Origin: Paragordius varius
Taxonomy: Eukaryota; Animalia; Nematomorpha
DNA: 64,000 nt
Assembly: GCA_964247055.1 (NCBI GenBank)
Contig: OZ176058.1
Span: forward strand, 620,001 to 684,000
Reading direction: 5' to 3'
Below the pieces are notes generated by a model, which saw only the letters and a list, made by a program, of their open reading frames with translations, ran no database searches and was not told the DNA's origin. This document shows positions 1 through 12,605 of the stretch, piece by piece (the first letter of the stretch is position 1; the number at the start of each line of letters is the position of its first letter). The translations under genes and the position numbers were made by a program.

Positions 1-922
1 TTTGGTTTTTAAACTGATTTTGATTTAACAACAAAAATTTTAAACCCTGAAACTAATCAAAACTTGAAATTTTACGCAAATTGGTATTTATTTTTAATAA
101 CTAATTTTTTTTATAATAATTTCTAATTTTTTATTTAAATTTAATTTATTTTTAATATAGATTTTTATCTAAATTAATTTATTATTATATACTTTTTAAG
201 AAATTTAATTCGAAAAAATTTATTAAATTTGGCTTAAGAACAAAAATTTTAAACCCTGAAACTAATCAAAACTTGAAATTTTTGCAAATTGGTAATTATA
301 TATTTATAAAAATTAAATTTATTTTATATTTTAAAAAAAATTTATATTTATTTAAATATTTTGAAAAATTATTTTTTTATATATTTTTATAGAATTTTGA
401 TCAGAAAAAATGGGGTTTTTGTAAAGTATTACTTTATGACTTTAATTTAAAACTCTTTGGTTTTTAAGCTAAATTTTATTTAAAAACATAAATTTAAAAC
501 TGTAAAACTAATCAAAAATTAAAATTTTAAGCAAATTGGTATCATAATCTATTATTTATTATAAAATTTTAATTTTTGATAATTTATTTAAAATTAATTT
601 ATTTTTATATATTTTTGTTAGATTTAAATTAAAAAAATTATTTTTAAATTATTTTATTATGACTTTTAAATTTTGCATTTTTAAGCTAAATTAGATTTAA
701 AAACATAGATTTTAAACCCCGAAACGCAAATTGGTATTTATATTTTAAAAATTAATTATTGTAATTATAATTTTTTAACATATTAAAAAATAATTTAGGT
801 ATTATATTATAATTTTAAGTTTTAATTTTATAATTTAAAAATTAATCTAGATTTTTCAGATATTATTCATTTTTTTCATTTAACCGTGAAATGAATCAAA
901 ATTTGAAATTTTAAGCAAAAAG
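1..922 (+). repeat. Five echoes of the 3' end plus donor of an upstream gene-1 exon (..NPETNQNLKFYANW|gt)
   Basis: Copies end at 83, 291, 538, 733, 922, each followed by GT. The phase (TG|G) fits exon 2868. The first copy has an in-frame TAA at 10-12, so the true exon is probably upstream of the window. Confidence 0.75.
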
Positions 923-1025
923 GTAATTATTTTTTATTATTAAGTTAAAATTATTTTTTAAAAGTGACTAAAAATTTAAATAATATAGGTAATTTTCATG
1001 ATATTTCAGATATTCTAATATATTA

Positions 1026-1293
1026 CAGGAATGAAATTATACGGACAAAACGTAAAAATATTTTTTTCTAAAACACAACCCAACCATACTTTAATCTTAA
1101 TTTTTTTTATATTGTTTCAAATTACAAAGTATTATAGAAATGTTAATTGGTAACTTAATTAATCATATATTTTACAATTGTAATAAAATATTTTTTATAG
1201 GATAAATAAGGTTTAAAAAAGTATGGGGTTGTATTTTGAAAAAAAAGTTTGTCTTTATATTTTTATATTTTTCCTCTCGTATAATTTTTACTG
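1026..1293. mobile_element. MITE family A (about 270 bp, about 80-bp TIRs)
   Basis: ta-CAGGAATGAAATTATACGGACAAAACG... at left; ...GTTTGTCTTTATAT...CGTATAATTTTTACTG at right; same family as 9386-9637 and 11745-12018. Confidence 0.75.
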
Positions 1294-1552
1294 CAAAATC
1301 AATTTAACTTTTTTAATATTCTCTTGAGATATATTGAAATCAATTAAATTATTTATAGATTAGAAAGATATGTTTTTTATTATTTTTAAAATAAATTTAA
1401 ATAAAATCTGATAAATTTTTTAAATATTTTAAATAATATTTATCAATTTTATCCTTCATTAAATATCTATATTTCAATATTTTTCTAAAATTAATGATTT
1501 ATTTTTTAAAATTTAAATATTTTTTTTTAAATTAAATTAAAATTATATTTAG

Positions 1553-2650
1553 GGTTAATTGTGATAAAACAACAGGCAAACTTTATCGAAAGCTATTTAC
1601 ACGATATTTTCCCTCCTATTTGGAATTTTAATTTTTTAATTTTTTAAAAATATTAATATTTTCATAATTATCAATAATTATATGTTCTTACCAAAAAAAT
1701 TTAGTAAATATATAATTAATTAAATAATTATTTTACTTTTTTAATCATAAGATATTCTAAAAATATTAAATTTTTTAAACATTACATTATAAAAAATTTA
1801 TTTTTTACATAATAATTTACTTTATTTCTTATTTATTAATATTATTAATCAAAATTTTTGATTATAAAATTAATTTTATAAAATTTAAAATTTACAAATA
1901 TCTTTTTTAAATTTAAATTTTACTTTTTAAAATAAAATAATTTAAAATAAATTATAATTTTTAGGGTTAATTGTGAAACAACAAGCAAACTTTATCGAAA
2001 GCTATTGAAACGTCCACGATATTTTCCCTCATATTTGAAATTTTAATTTTTTAATTTTTTAAAATTTTGAAAAATTACAAAGTTTTATTAAAAAATATAA
2101 TTATTTATTTAATAAATATTTTGATTAGGGTTTATTGTGATAAAACAATAATAAAAAAATTAAAAAATGACGTCGTTTTTGAAACATTTCAAATTTTTTC
2201 CTAAATAATCCAAATTTTATATTTAAAAATTTATAAACTTTATATAAAATTAATCAAGTTTTTTAATAATATATATTTCAAGATTTTTACAATTAATTTT
2301 AAATATTTTTATTAATAATATATATATATATATTTAAATATTTTATAAATTAATTAACTTTTAATAATTATAAAATTTTATAAATTAAAAATAAATTATT
2401 TTTAGGGTTAATTGTGATAAAACAACAGGCATACTTTATCGAAAGCTATTCAAACGGCCACAATATTTTCCCTCTTATTTGGAATTTAATTTTTAAATTT
2501 TTTAATTTTTTAAAAATATTAAAATTTCAAAAATTAATATGTTTTATAAAATATATTAATTATATTAATTTTTTACTTTTTTAAATATTTTTATAAATTA
2601 AATATTCTTTATTTATTTCAATACAATATTTAGGGATTGTGATAAAACAA
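1553..2650 (+). repeat. Five echoes of acceptor plus 5' part of gene-1 exon 2868
   Basis: tttag|GGTTAATTGTGATAAAAC copies near 1553, 1965, 2129, 2406, 2633, truncated 3' and lacking a donor. Confidence 0.9.
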
Positions 2651-2867
2651 TACTACAAAATTAAATAATGACGTTCTTCCAGACATTTCAAATTTTTTCC
2701 TAAATAATTCTTATTTTATTATATTTATAATATTTTTAATTTTTTTAACTATAAATGATATTAATCAAGTTTTTAATTTAATATATATTTAATATGAAAC
2801 TATTTATTTTATAAATTATTTTATAAATTATTTAATCTTTTTATTAAATTAATTTAATTATTTTTAG

Positions 2868-3043
2868 GGTTAATTGTGATAAAACAACAGGCAAACTTTA
2901 TCGAAAACTATTAAAGCGCCCACAATATTTTCCCTCCTATTTGGAATTACAGCCAGAAACATTTATAGCTCTTGCTAAGCATTTTATACCCAAAACGTAT
3001 AAATATGTAAGTTTTTTTAAAAAAAAAAATTTTTAAATTTAAA

Positions 3044-3094
<51 letters not shown>

Positions 3095-4786
3095 AAATTA
3101 TTTTATAATTATTAAGTAAAAAAAAAACAAATTTTGGTTATTTTGAAAAAAAAAAGTCCAAAAAAATTGTTCAAAAATGGTTCAAAAATCTTTAGTTTTA
3201 GTTAAAACTAAATTTTTTAGGAATTAAGTTAAAAATTCAAAAACTTTTTAAAAAAAAAATTCCTACAAATATTTTATAATAAAATTTTTTATTTAAAATT
3301 AAAAATACTATTTTATTAAGTATTAAATTTCAAAAAATTTGTCTAACTAATATTACAAAAATTGAGGTTTATTGAAATATTTTCCCTCATATTTGGAATT
3401 ACAACCAGAAACATTTATAGCTCTTGCTAAGCATTTTATACCCAAAACGTATAAATATGTAAAATTTTAAAATTTTATTTTAAAAAATATTTAAATTTAA
3501 ATTTTAATATATTGAAATTAATTATTTTTTCATAAAAATTAAGATTTTCTAAATTTTTAAGTAAAAAAATGATTTTTTTCATTAAAATTGAAATTATTTT
3601 ATTACTATTTAGTAAAAATGAAATTATTTATTAAATGAAATTATTTTATAATTATTAAGTAAAAAATAAAATTTGTTCATAAAATTTGAAATTATATTGA
3701 ATAATTTTTACATTAATGAATGGTTTAATAATTCAGAAAGACAATTTTTTAAAAAAATGGATATTAAAAAAGTTTATACCCAAAACGTATAAAAATGTAA
3801 GTTTTATAAAATATATATTCTTCAATATTTTCTAGAAAAATATTCAATTTTATAATTATTTTCACCAAAAAAAAAAATTTTTAGGGTTATAATTTATTTA
3901 AGAAAGTAATCAAAAATATTGATTTATTAAAGGTAAAAATTAAGCAATTTAACGAAACATTAATTTTATAATATTATTTGTTAATTTTACAAAACTATAA
4001 AATATTTACAGTAAAAAATGAAATTATATGGACAAAACGCACAAAAATATAGACAAATATTTTTTTAAATCACAACTAATGATACTTTTTAAAATTTTTA
4101 TTTATAATTTTGAATTTTTTTTATTTTATTTTTTTGGTTTATTATAAAAGAAATAAAAATATTATCAATTTTATATTTTTAAATATCTATTAATAGTTAT
4201 TTTAGTATTTTTTTTATATATAAATAATAATATTTATTTTATAATTTGTATTTATAGATTAATATTTATAATTTATTTTAATATAAGTTTTTTTTAATTA
4301 TCTTTATTTTATTATAATATCAAAAAATATTATGATTATTATATTTTAAAATATCTATTTTATAATTTCACTTTTTTTATATTTTATAATAATTGATAAA
4401 TTTATATATTATAAAATATTAAAATTTTTTATTTTATTCAAAATATATATTTTAAAATATAATATATTTATCATTATTTAAAATTTTTTTATTTTATAAA
4501 TAATAATATTTATAATTTATAAATTTTAAATTTTTTTTTATTTTAATTTTTGGTTCAATATAATATAATTTCAAAAAATATTATGAATTAATTTAGACTA
4601 TTTATAAATTTTTTGTTTTTAATTTATAAATTTTTAAACTTTTTAACTTTATTAAAAATTTTAATTTTTTGGTTTATTATAATATAATTTTAAAACCTTA
4701 ATATTTTAATAAATTTTCTCAAATTATTTTTCAAATTTATATAAATATATTTTAAATTATTTTTACTGCATATTCAATATAAATTT

Positions 4787-4829
<43 letters not shown>

Positions 4830-5018
4830 TATATTTTTCAAAATACATAAAATTTTAAATAATTTATAATTTTTAAAATATTTATAAATTTATAAAATAA
4901 TTAAATTTTTAAAATTTAATTTTTTTTTCGAAAGCTACCCTTAACATCAACCACAAATTGGTTCGCTCTTTTAATTATATATTATTAAATATTTTTTAAA
5001 TTTAAAACATTATAAATT

Positions 5019-5052
<34 letters not shown>

Positions 5053-7428
5053 ATTTATAAATTTTCAAAATATTTATAAATTTTATAAAATCATAAAATT
5101 TTTAATTTTTTTATTAATTTTTTTTCAAAAGGTACCCTTAACATCAACCACAAATTGGTTTGCTCAGGTGATTGGAGAATCTGAATTTGTCCTTAGACCT
5201 AAAGAGCCTTGTGAAAAAATGTGTAATAGATTGGAATTAAATTTAACACCTGGGCAAATTGGTAAATTTTTTAAAAAAATTATTTTTTTTAAATAAAAAA
5301 TTATAAATTTTAAAAACTTTTTTTAAAAATTATTAAAGTTTAAAAAGTTTTTTTGAAAATTATTTTACAAAAAGCTTTATTTTTTGAAATCAAAAATACA
5401 TAGTTTTTACAAAAATTTATCAATTTTTTAATATTACTTGTAATTTTTTAAAATTACTTATTAATTTATTAATTTATAACTAAATTAATATTACTTAATA
5501 TGCGTTATTTTAAAATTTTGATTATTTGAAAATATTAAAAATTAAATTAAAATACTTTACATATATTTCTGATAATTGTTTTAAATGTGAAAAAATGTGC
5601 AATAGATTGGAATTTACTTTAATACCTGGGCAAATTGGTAAAATTTGAATTTTTAATTTAATATATTAAAAATTTTTTAGTATAAGTTTAAAAAGTTATT
5701 TGAGTTTAAAAAGTTTTCAAATTTTATAAAAAATTATTATTTAATTAAAAAATTTATTTTTTGCAAAATTTTTTTTATAAAATTTCTGTTATTTTTTTAA
5801 AATTACTTTTAAATTTATTAATTTATAGCTAAATTAATATTTCTTAATATGCGTTATTTATAATTTTATTTATTTAAAAAAATTCTAAAATTACATTAAA
5901 AATATTTTTACAATAATTAATTTAAACATGTGAAAAAATGTGTAATAGATTGGAATTTAAGTTAACACCCGGGCAAATTGGTAATATATTAAAATTAAAA
6001 AATTTATTTTAAAGATAAAAATTTGAATAAAAAAAAAATGTTTTACAAAATTTTTATATTTACAAAAAAGCTTTATTTTTAAAGTTATAATCTATTATTT
6101 AATTTATAAAATAAAAAAGTTTTATTTTTTAATTATTACATCTTAATTATTTATTTAAAAATTTAATTTAGAAAAATTTATAAAAAATCTTTTTTTATTT
6201 TTAAATATTTTATAAAATTACTTCTTTTAATTATTTATAAAGTTTTGAAACGAAAAAGTTTTCAAAAAAATTATTTCATATTTAGAATGCTTTTTAAAAT
6301 AATTTATAAAGGATTCTTGATTAAATGGTTATTTACTTTACATATATTTCTAATAATTAATTTAAACATGTGAAAAAATGTGTAATAGGTTGGATTTTAA
6401 GTTAACACCTGGTTGGTAAATATTTTTTAAATTAAAAAGTTTTGAAATTTATAAAAATTATAGTATTTTGAAAAAATTATTTTTTTTTTTTTATTTTTAT
6501 AAAATTTATAATTAAAAAATTTATTTTAAAATTTAGAAAAAATTATAGTTTTTACAAAAAAAATAATTTAATATAAAATTTATAAAAATTATAGTATTTT
6601 AAAAAAAATTTCAAAATATATTTTTAAAAAAATATGAAATATTTTAATTTCTAGCTAAATTAATATTTATTATTTTGCGTTTTTAAAATTAGATTACTTA
6701 AAAAAAATTTATATTTAAAATATTTATCACAATATTTAATTTTAAAAAAATGTGTAATAGGTTGGAATTTATATTAACACCTGGGCAAATTGGTAAATAT
6801 TTCTTAAAAATAATAAGTTTTTAAAGTTTAAATAGTTTTTTATTTAATTTTTTATATTTAAATTTTATTGGGTTTATTTTATTAATTTTTTTAATTATAT
6901 ATATATGTGTCATATTTCTATAAATTTAATTTAAACATAGAAAAAAATGTAATAATTTGGTATTTAAGTTAACACCTGGGCAAATTGATAAATATTTTTT
7001 AATTTTAAAAATTCAATTAAATATAGTTTTTTATATAATTTTGAATATTTGAGATGTCTTTTATTGGTTAATTTTTTAATTCTATATATCTAATAATTAA
7101 TTAAAAATTTATTATATATTTTAAATATTCAAATTATTCAAATTTCAATCTTAAAACTGTAATTATTTATATTAAAATTTTCTACGAAAATATTTTATAT
7201 AAAAAAAAATACAAATATTAATAATAATCAAAATAAATTTTATATAAATGAAAAAAAAATTATTTTTATTTATAAAAAAATTTATTATTTAATTTTTATT
7301 TAGTAAATTGGAATTCTAAATTATGGATGGGTTTTCAAAGACCTGTGCCTTATAAAAATCAGTTGGAATCATATGGAACGGATGAATGTATGGGAATTGG
7401 GGGCTCTGCACATTGGAAACAATCTTAA
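2868..7428 (+). CDS. 5'-partial spliced gene, cupin/JmjC-fold-like protein resembling the metazoan C6orf89 (BRAP)/CG2211-like family; last three exons
   Basis: Exons 2868-3006, 5132-5261, 7304-7428 have AG/GT borders and splice in frame to (W)VNCDKTTGKLYRKLLKRPQYFPSYLELQPETFIALAKHFIPKTYKYVPLTSTTNWFAQVIGESEFVLRPKEPCEKMCNRLELNLTPGQIVNWNSKLWMGFQRPVPYKNQLESYGTDECMGIGGSAHWKQS*. Exon structure is well supported. The family call rests on recalled motif similarity (WxNCD...RP..FP; WxAQxxG...LxP...CxxxC...PGxI...W), not a search. Confidence 0.7.
3378..3796 (+). repeat. Two echoes of 3' part plus donor of gene-1 exon 2868-3006
   Basis: 3378-3458 encodes YFPSYLELQPETFIALAKHFIPKTYKY|gt (TCC>TCA, CAG>CAA only); short copy about 3773-3796. 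Confidence 0.9.
4935..6987 (+). repeat. One acceptor echo (4935-4968) and five donor echoes (5586-6987) of gene-1 exon 5132-5261
   Basis: TGTGAAAAAATGTG...ACACCTGGGCAAATTG|gt copies ending at 5637, 5980, 6415, 6792, 6987. Confidence 0.9.
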
Positions 7429-7686
7429 TTCAAAATTAAAATAATTAAAAATAATTTATAATAATTATTATAATAAAATATATCAATATATTTTATAATA
7501 TATAAAAAAAATTTAAATTTAACGTTAAAAATGAAATTAAATAGAAAATTTTAAAGTAAAATATAAAGAATATTTAAAAAATAGTATTATTATAAAAATT
7601 TATTAGGAAAAATATTGTTAATAAAATATTTTAAAAAATAATTTATTTTAATTGTAATAATAATTAATTTAAAAAAATAAATATTT

Positions 7687-8055
7687 AAAAATCAGTTGGA
7701 AACATATGGAACGGATGAATGTATGGGAATTGGGGGCGCGGCACATTGGAAACAATCTTAATTAAAAAATTATTAAAAAAAATCAAAAAATTAAAAATTA
7801 ATATTTAAAATATATATAAAATATATTATATCAATATTAAAAAAAATATAAATAGAAAATTTAATTAAATTAAATAGAAAATTTTAAAGTAAAATATAAA
7901 GAATATTTAAAAATATTAATATAATAAAAAATTATATGTATAAATATTATTTAAACAATAAAATATTTTAAAAATAACTTATAATTTGAATAAAAAATAA
8001 ATATTTAAAAATCAGCTGGAATCATATGGAACGGATGAATATATAATTGGAGCAC
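7687..8055 (+). repeat. Two echoes of the terminal exon end of gene 1 (first includes the stop codon)
   Basis: 7687-7761 KNQLETYGTDECMGIGGAAHWKQS*; 8007-8055 degenerate. Confidence 0.9.
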
Positions 8056-8669
8056 AAAAATATAATTTTTTTTTAATTTTTTATAAAAAACTGGAAAATA
8101 TAAAAATATTGTATAAAAATTTTAAAATTATATTTAAAATTAGATAATTATAAAAAAAATTTAGAAATATGTTAAATAATAAAAATAAATAATTAAAAAA
8201 AAATTAATAAATTCCTAAAAATTTTTAGAAATATTACTTTTAATATAATTTTTTATATTATTTTCAGAAAATTTTTATTATTTTCAAAAATATTAGACTT
8301 ATACTAAATTGTTTCATATATTTTATATATTATAATAAATAATTTTATTTATCGTGAATTAAAACTTAGTTATAATTTAGGTTCAATAAACTTAAAATTT
8401 TTTATAATTTTATTTATATATATATATAAATATTAATATATTTGAAGAATTTGCTTATATTTTTGTTAAAAATATATTCAGTTCGATTCTAAAATTAATA
8501 AATCAATAAAATTATTATATTTTTCTCTATTTTTTTTACTTTTTTTATATAATAAAAAAATATATATCTAACAATCTAAAATAATTCAAAAAAATTAAAA
8601 CTAGTGGTATTGAGGAAGTATTTTATTGATAAAATTTGTTGAAATTATACTATGGACAAAAAACAAAAT

Positions 8670-9941
8670 CTGAAATTATACGGACGAAACGTAAAAATAT
8701 ACAGACAAATATTTTTTTCTAAAAAACAATCATACTTTTTTAAACTCTATTAAGATATAACTCATTGTTTTAATTGGCAAAGTGTGAAATATAGATATAT
8801 ATTGGTAACACAATCAAATCTATATTCACAATTGTAACTAAATAGCTTATATATTAGGTTTAAAAAAGTATGGGGTTGTCTTTTAGATAAAAATATTTGT
8901 CTTTATATGTTTACGTTTTGACCATAGTTTAATTTCAGTTTTTACTGTAAAATAGAAATTTGAACTATGGACAAACGAAAACATATCGAGAAAAATACAA
9001 AAAATTTAAAATTTTTGGTATTGAGGAAATTTTAAGTAAAAATTGTTGAAATTATACGTGAGGACAAAATGTAAAAATATAAAGACAAATATTTTTTTTC
9101 TAAAAGACAACCCCATACTTTTTTAAATTTTTTTAATATATAACTCATTGTTTTAATTGGCAAAGTGTGAAATATAGATATATATTGGTAACACAATCAA
9201 ATCAATATACACACAATAGTAACTAAAAGTTTATATATAGAAAGTTTAAGGTTTAAAAAATATGGGGTTGTCTTTTAGGTAAAAATATTTGTCTTTATAT
9301 TTTTACGTTTTGTCCATAGTATAATTTCAGTTTTTAATGTATATTTTATTTTTTTATCATTTATAGATATTTAGATTGATTATTACAGTAAAAATTAAAA
9401 TTTAAACTATGAAAAGTAAAAATATAAAGACAATATTATTTTTTATAAAAACCCATACTTTTTGAATTATGATTCTGTTTTTTAAAATGGCAAAGTATAA
9501 AATAACGATATAAATTAAACACAATCAATTATGTATTTACGATTGCAATCAAATGATATTTATGTAGTTTTTTTGGAAAAAATATTTGTCTTTATATTTT
9601 TACGTTTCGTCCCTCCGTATAATTTCATTTTTTACTGTAACAAATCATCTAAAATAAAAAATATTGACAAAAAATTACAGAAAATTGAAATTAAATGGAC
9701 AAAACCTAAAAATATAAAGACAACCATATATTTATCTAAAAGACAAATATACTTTATAAAACTATAATACCTAGTAAGTTACAATTGTTAAATATATAAT
9801 TAATTGTGTTAGTAATATATAGATCTATTTCACAGTTTTTCATTTAAAACAATGAGTTTTATTTGAATCAATCATATTTAAAAGTATGGTTGTTTTAGAA
9901 AAATTGTATTTATACGTTCTGTATAATTTCAATTTTTACTG
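8670..9941. mobile_element. Cluster of four adjacent MITE family A copies
   Basis: Copies about 8670-8947, about 9045-9340, 9386-9637 (TA-CAGT...ACTG-TA intact), 9678-9941; TIR core GGACAAAACGTAAAAATATAAAGACAAATA...AAAAGACAACC(CC)ATAC. Confidence 0.8.
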
Positions 9942-10746
9942 TGAGTTAATAACTTTATAATAGAAATAAATATTAGAAAAAAATCTATAATAAATAGAAA
10001 ATGGTTAGGAAATTAACATAAAAAATGATTATTTTATTTGAGATTAATTAAATATAAAATATAAAAGCATCTAAATTAAAAAAACAAATTTTTTTTAAAA
10101 GACAACCATACTTTCTAACCCTTTAAATCTTTCTGTAAATCATATTTAAAAACAGTAAAATATAAAATTAATTGTGTGCTATAATATTAATTAATAACTT
10201 CATAGAAATAAATATTGGAAACAAAAATCTATAATAAAAAATTATCTGCAAAATTAACACAATGAATAAATAATTTTTGCGATTAATTAAAATTAAAATA
10301 TAAACATATTAAATTAAAAAAACAAAATTTTTTTTAAAGGACAACCATACTTTTTTAAAATTTCTGCAAATCATATTTAAACACAATCGTAAAATATAAA
10401 GTTCATTGTGTTCCTGGATAATATATTAGCTAATACTTTATAAAAGTAATAAATATAAGAAACATAAATCTACAATAAAAAAATATCTACAAAATTTAAA
10501 AGAATGTTATTTAGATTAATTTATTTAAAATATAAGTATATTGAATTATTAAAAAACAAAATTTTTTTTGGATTAATTAATTTAAAATATAAAAGTATAT
10601 TAAATTATAAAAAAAAAATTTTTTTAACAATCATATAATTTCTAATTCTAAATCTTTCTATATATTATTCAAAAACAATCGTAATATATTAATTGCGTTC
10701 ACAAATATATCTCTATTAAATACTTTGGCATCTAATTAATAAATTA

Positions 10747-11145
10747 TAGTAAAATTGAAAATATACAAACAATATGTGAAAATATAAAGACATATATTTT
10801 TTCGTTAACAGATAACCATACTTTTTAAATCTTGATTTTATAAATATAACTAACTCTTTGTTTTAAATTGCATAATTATAAAATTGATATGTATATTGGT
10901 GACACAATCAATTCTTTATTTTACAATTGTAACAAAATAAAAATTTTATAAGATATATAAAGGTTTAAAATGTATGGTTGTCTTTTTAAAAAAATTGTCT
11001 TTATATTTTTACACATTTTGTCCGTATAAAATTTTTACTGTATATATCAAAAAATGAAGTTTAGTATAGGGGGTATCTTTAGAAAAAACAAAAAATTGTC
11101 TTTATATTTTAACACATTTTGTCCGTATAATTTCAATTTTTACTG
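10747..11145. mobile_element. MITE family A copy (10747-11040) followed by a duplicated right TIR
   Basis: Right end ..TGTCCGTATAAAATTTTTACTG-TA at 11040; second right TIR ends about 11145. Confidence 0.7.
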
Positions 11146-11224
11146 TATTTTCTGATGTTAGAACTATTTAAGTCCTTATATCGAAAAATCGCAAAATTTA
11201 CGCATCAGTTTATTGTGGAAATTA

Positions 11225-11469
11225 CAGTCATGTATCCTTTATTTTATCAAAAATTTATTTATTTTCGTTAAATAAGGGCGTATAAATATTTTTGTTAAAG
11301 AATGGAAAAAACAAGAAAGAGCTCTATGGTAATTTTTATACTTTTTTTTGATGAATATGATATTGTTAATATCATAGAGCTCTTGTATTTTTCCATTCTT
11401 TAATAAATATTTATACCCCCATTTAACGAAAAAAAATATATTTTTGATAAAATAAAGGATACATGACTG
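11225..11469. mobile_element. Foldback MITE family C (245 bp, about 105-bp inverted arms)
   Basis: TA-CAGTCATGTATCCTTTATTTTATCAAAAA...AGAGCTCTATG / CATAGAGCTCT...TTTTTGATAAAATAAAGGATACATGACTG-TA. The TA duplication and CAGT termini are typical of Tc1/mariner. Confidence 0.85.
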
Positions 11470-11744
11470 TATATCTTAAAGTTAATTTTTGTTTTTTTAG
11501 ATATATTAAATGATTCCTTATTTATTCCACACTATAGTAAATGTTGAATATACAATTTTTTCATTTCAAACACATAACTTTGTTTAATTTATTCAATATT
11601 TTGTTGTTTTTTTCATACACTATTGTTGTGTTGCATATTGCCCAATATAGTTTAAATGAATAAGCAACCATTAAATTGCATACTTTAATAAGTGATATAA
11701 AAAACAGTCTGCTTAAATTTTTAATATTTTGGTTAAAAATATTA

Positions 11745-12018
11745 CAGTAAAAATTAAATTTATATGGACAAACTGTGGATATCAAAAGACATTTTTTTTT
11801 TCTAAAAGACAACCATACTTATTAAATCTTGATCATTATAATATAATTTTCAACTGCACGGTATAAAATAGTGATGTAAATTGGTAACACAATTAATCAT
11901 ATATTTTACAAAAATATGAAAAATTAATGTTTGAAAATGTATAGTTTAGTCCTTTGAAAAAAGATATTTGTCTTTATATTTTTACGTTTTGATCGTATAA
12001 TTTCCACAATTTACACTG
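11745..12018. mobile_element. MITE family A, full-length (274 bp)
   Basis: TA-CAGTAAAAATT...GGACAAAC...AAAAGACAACCATAC at left; ...GTCTTTATATTTTTACGTTTT...ACTG-TA at right. Confidence 0.8.
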
Positions 12019-12344
12019 TAATTAAACTTGCTCGCTTTTCTTTTTGGTATTTATTAGTGACAAAAAAACTAGGATATTAAAGCTAAAAATAAAAACAGTT
12101 AAAAGAATTATTAATGGATATAAAGATTATAAATTGGTAAATACAGTAAAAAATATAAATCTCTTCTAATAAATATAAATTTTGAATACAAAACAATTTT
12201 GGTATGTAGAAAATAATTTACCGAAATTCTATGATATATAAAAAAATTTAAGAGAGAGTATTATAATTGGCTATGAAAGTATTAAAATTGGTGAATAGAT
12301 CAAGTTTAAAATATATAAATATAAAAATATATTATTAGCTAAAA

Positions 12345-12605
12345 AATTCACCCTCGAACAATTTAAATTGACCCTTGAACTTTCAAATTCACCCTCGAAA
12401 AATAAATTATGTGTTTTCGGGCAGCTAATATAACTCTCATCATTATATATCTTTATGGCTCATGGTCTATTATTTTTTCATTATTATGTTAATTTTAAAC
12501 AAAATATTATTTTTTCGAAAATGTATAAAAATATAGGAAACTTTTAATCTTAAAAAACACAATAAATACTTTAGGGTGAATTTGAACTGTAAATGGTATA
12601 TATAT
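12345..12605. mobile_element. MITE family B (TIR ATACCATTTACAGTTCAAATTCACCC with subterminal TTCAAATTCACCC repeats)
   Basis: Shares internal TATGTGTTTTCGGGCAG.TAATATAACT and terminal GGGTGAATTTGAACTGTAAATGGTATA with copies at 19671, 24489, 29376 and 62169. Confidence 0.7.

Noticed and set aside
8470-8500. tRNA T-loop-like GTTCGATTC
   Set aside because: No cloverleaf stems or A-box in the surrounding AT-rich sequence.
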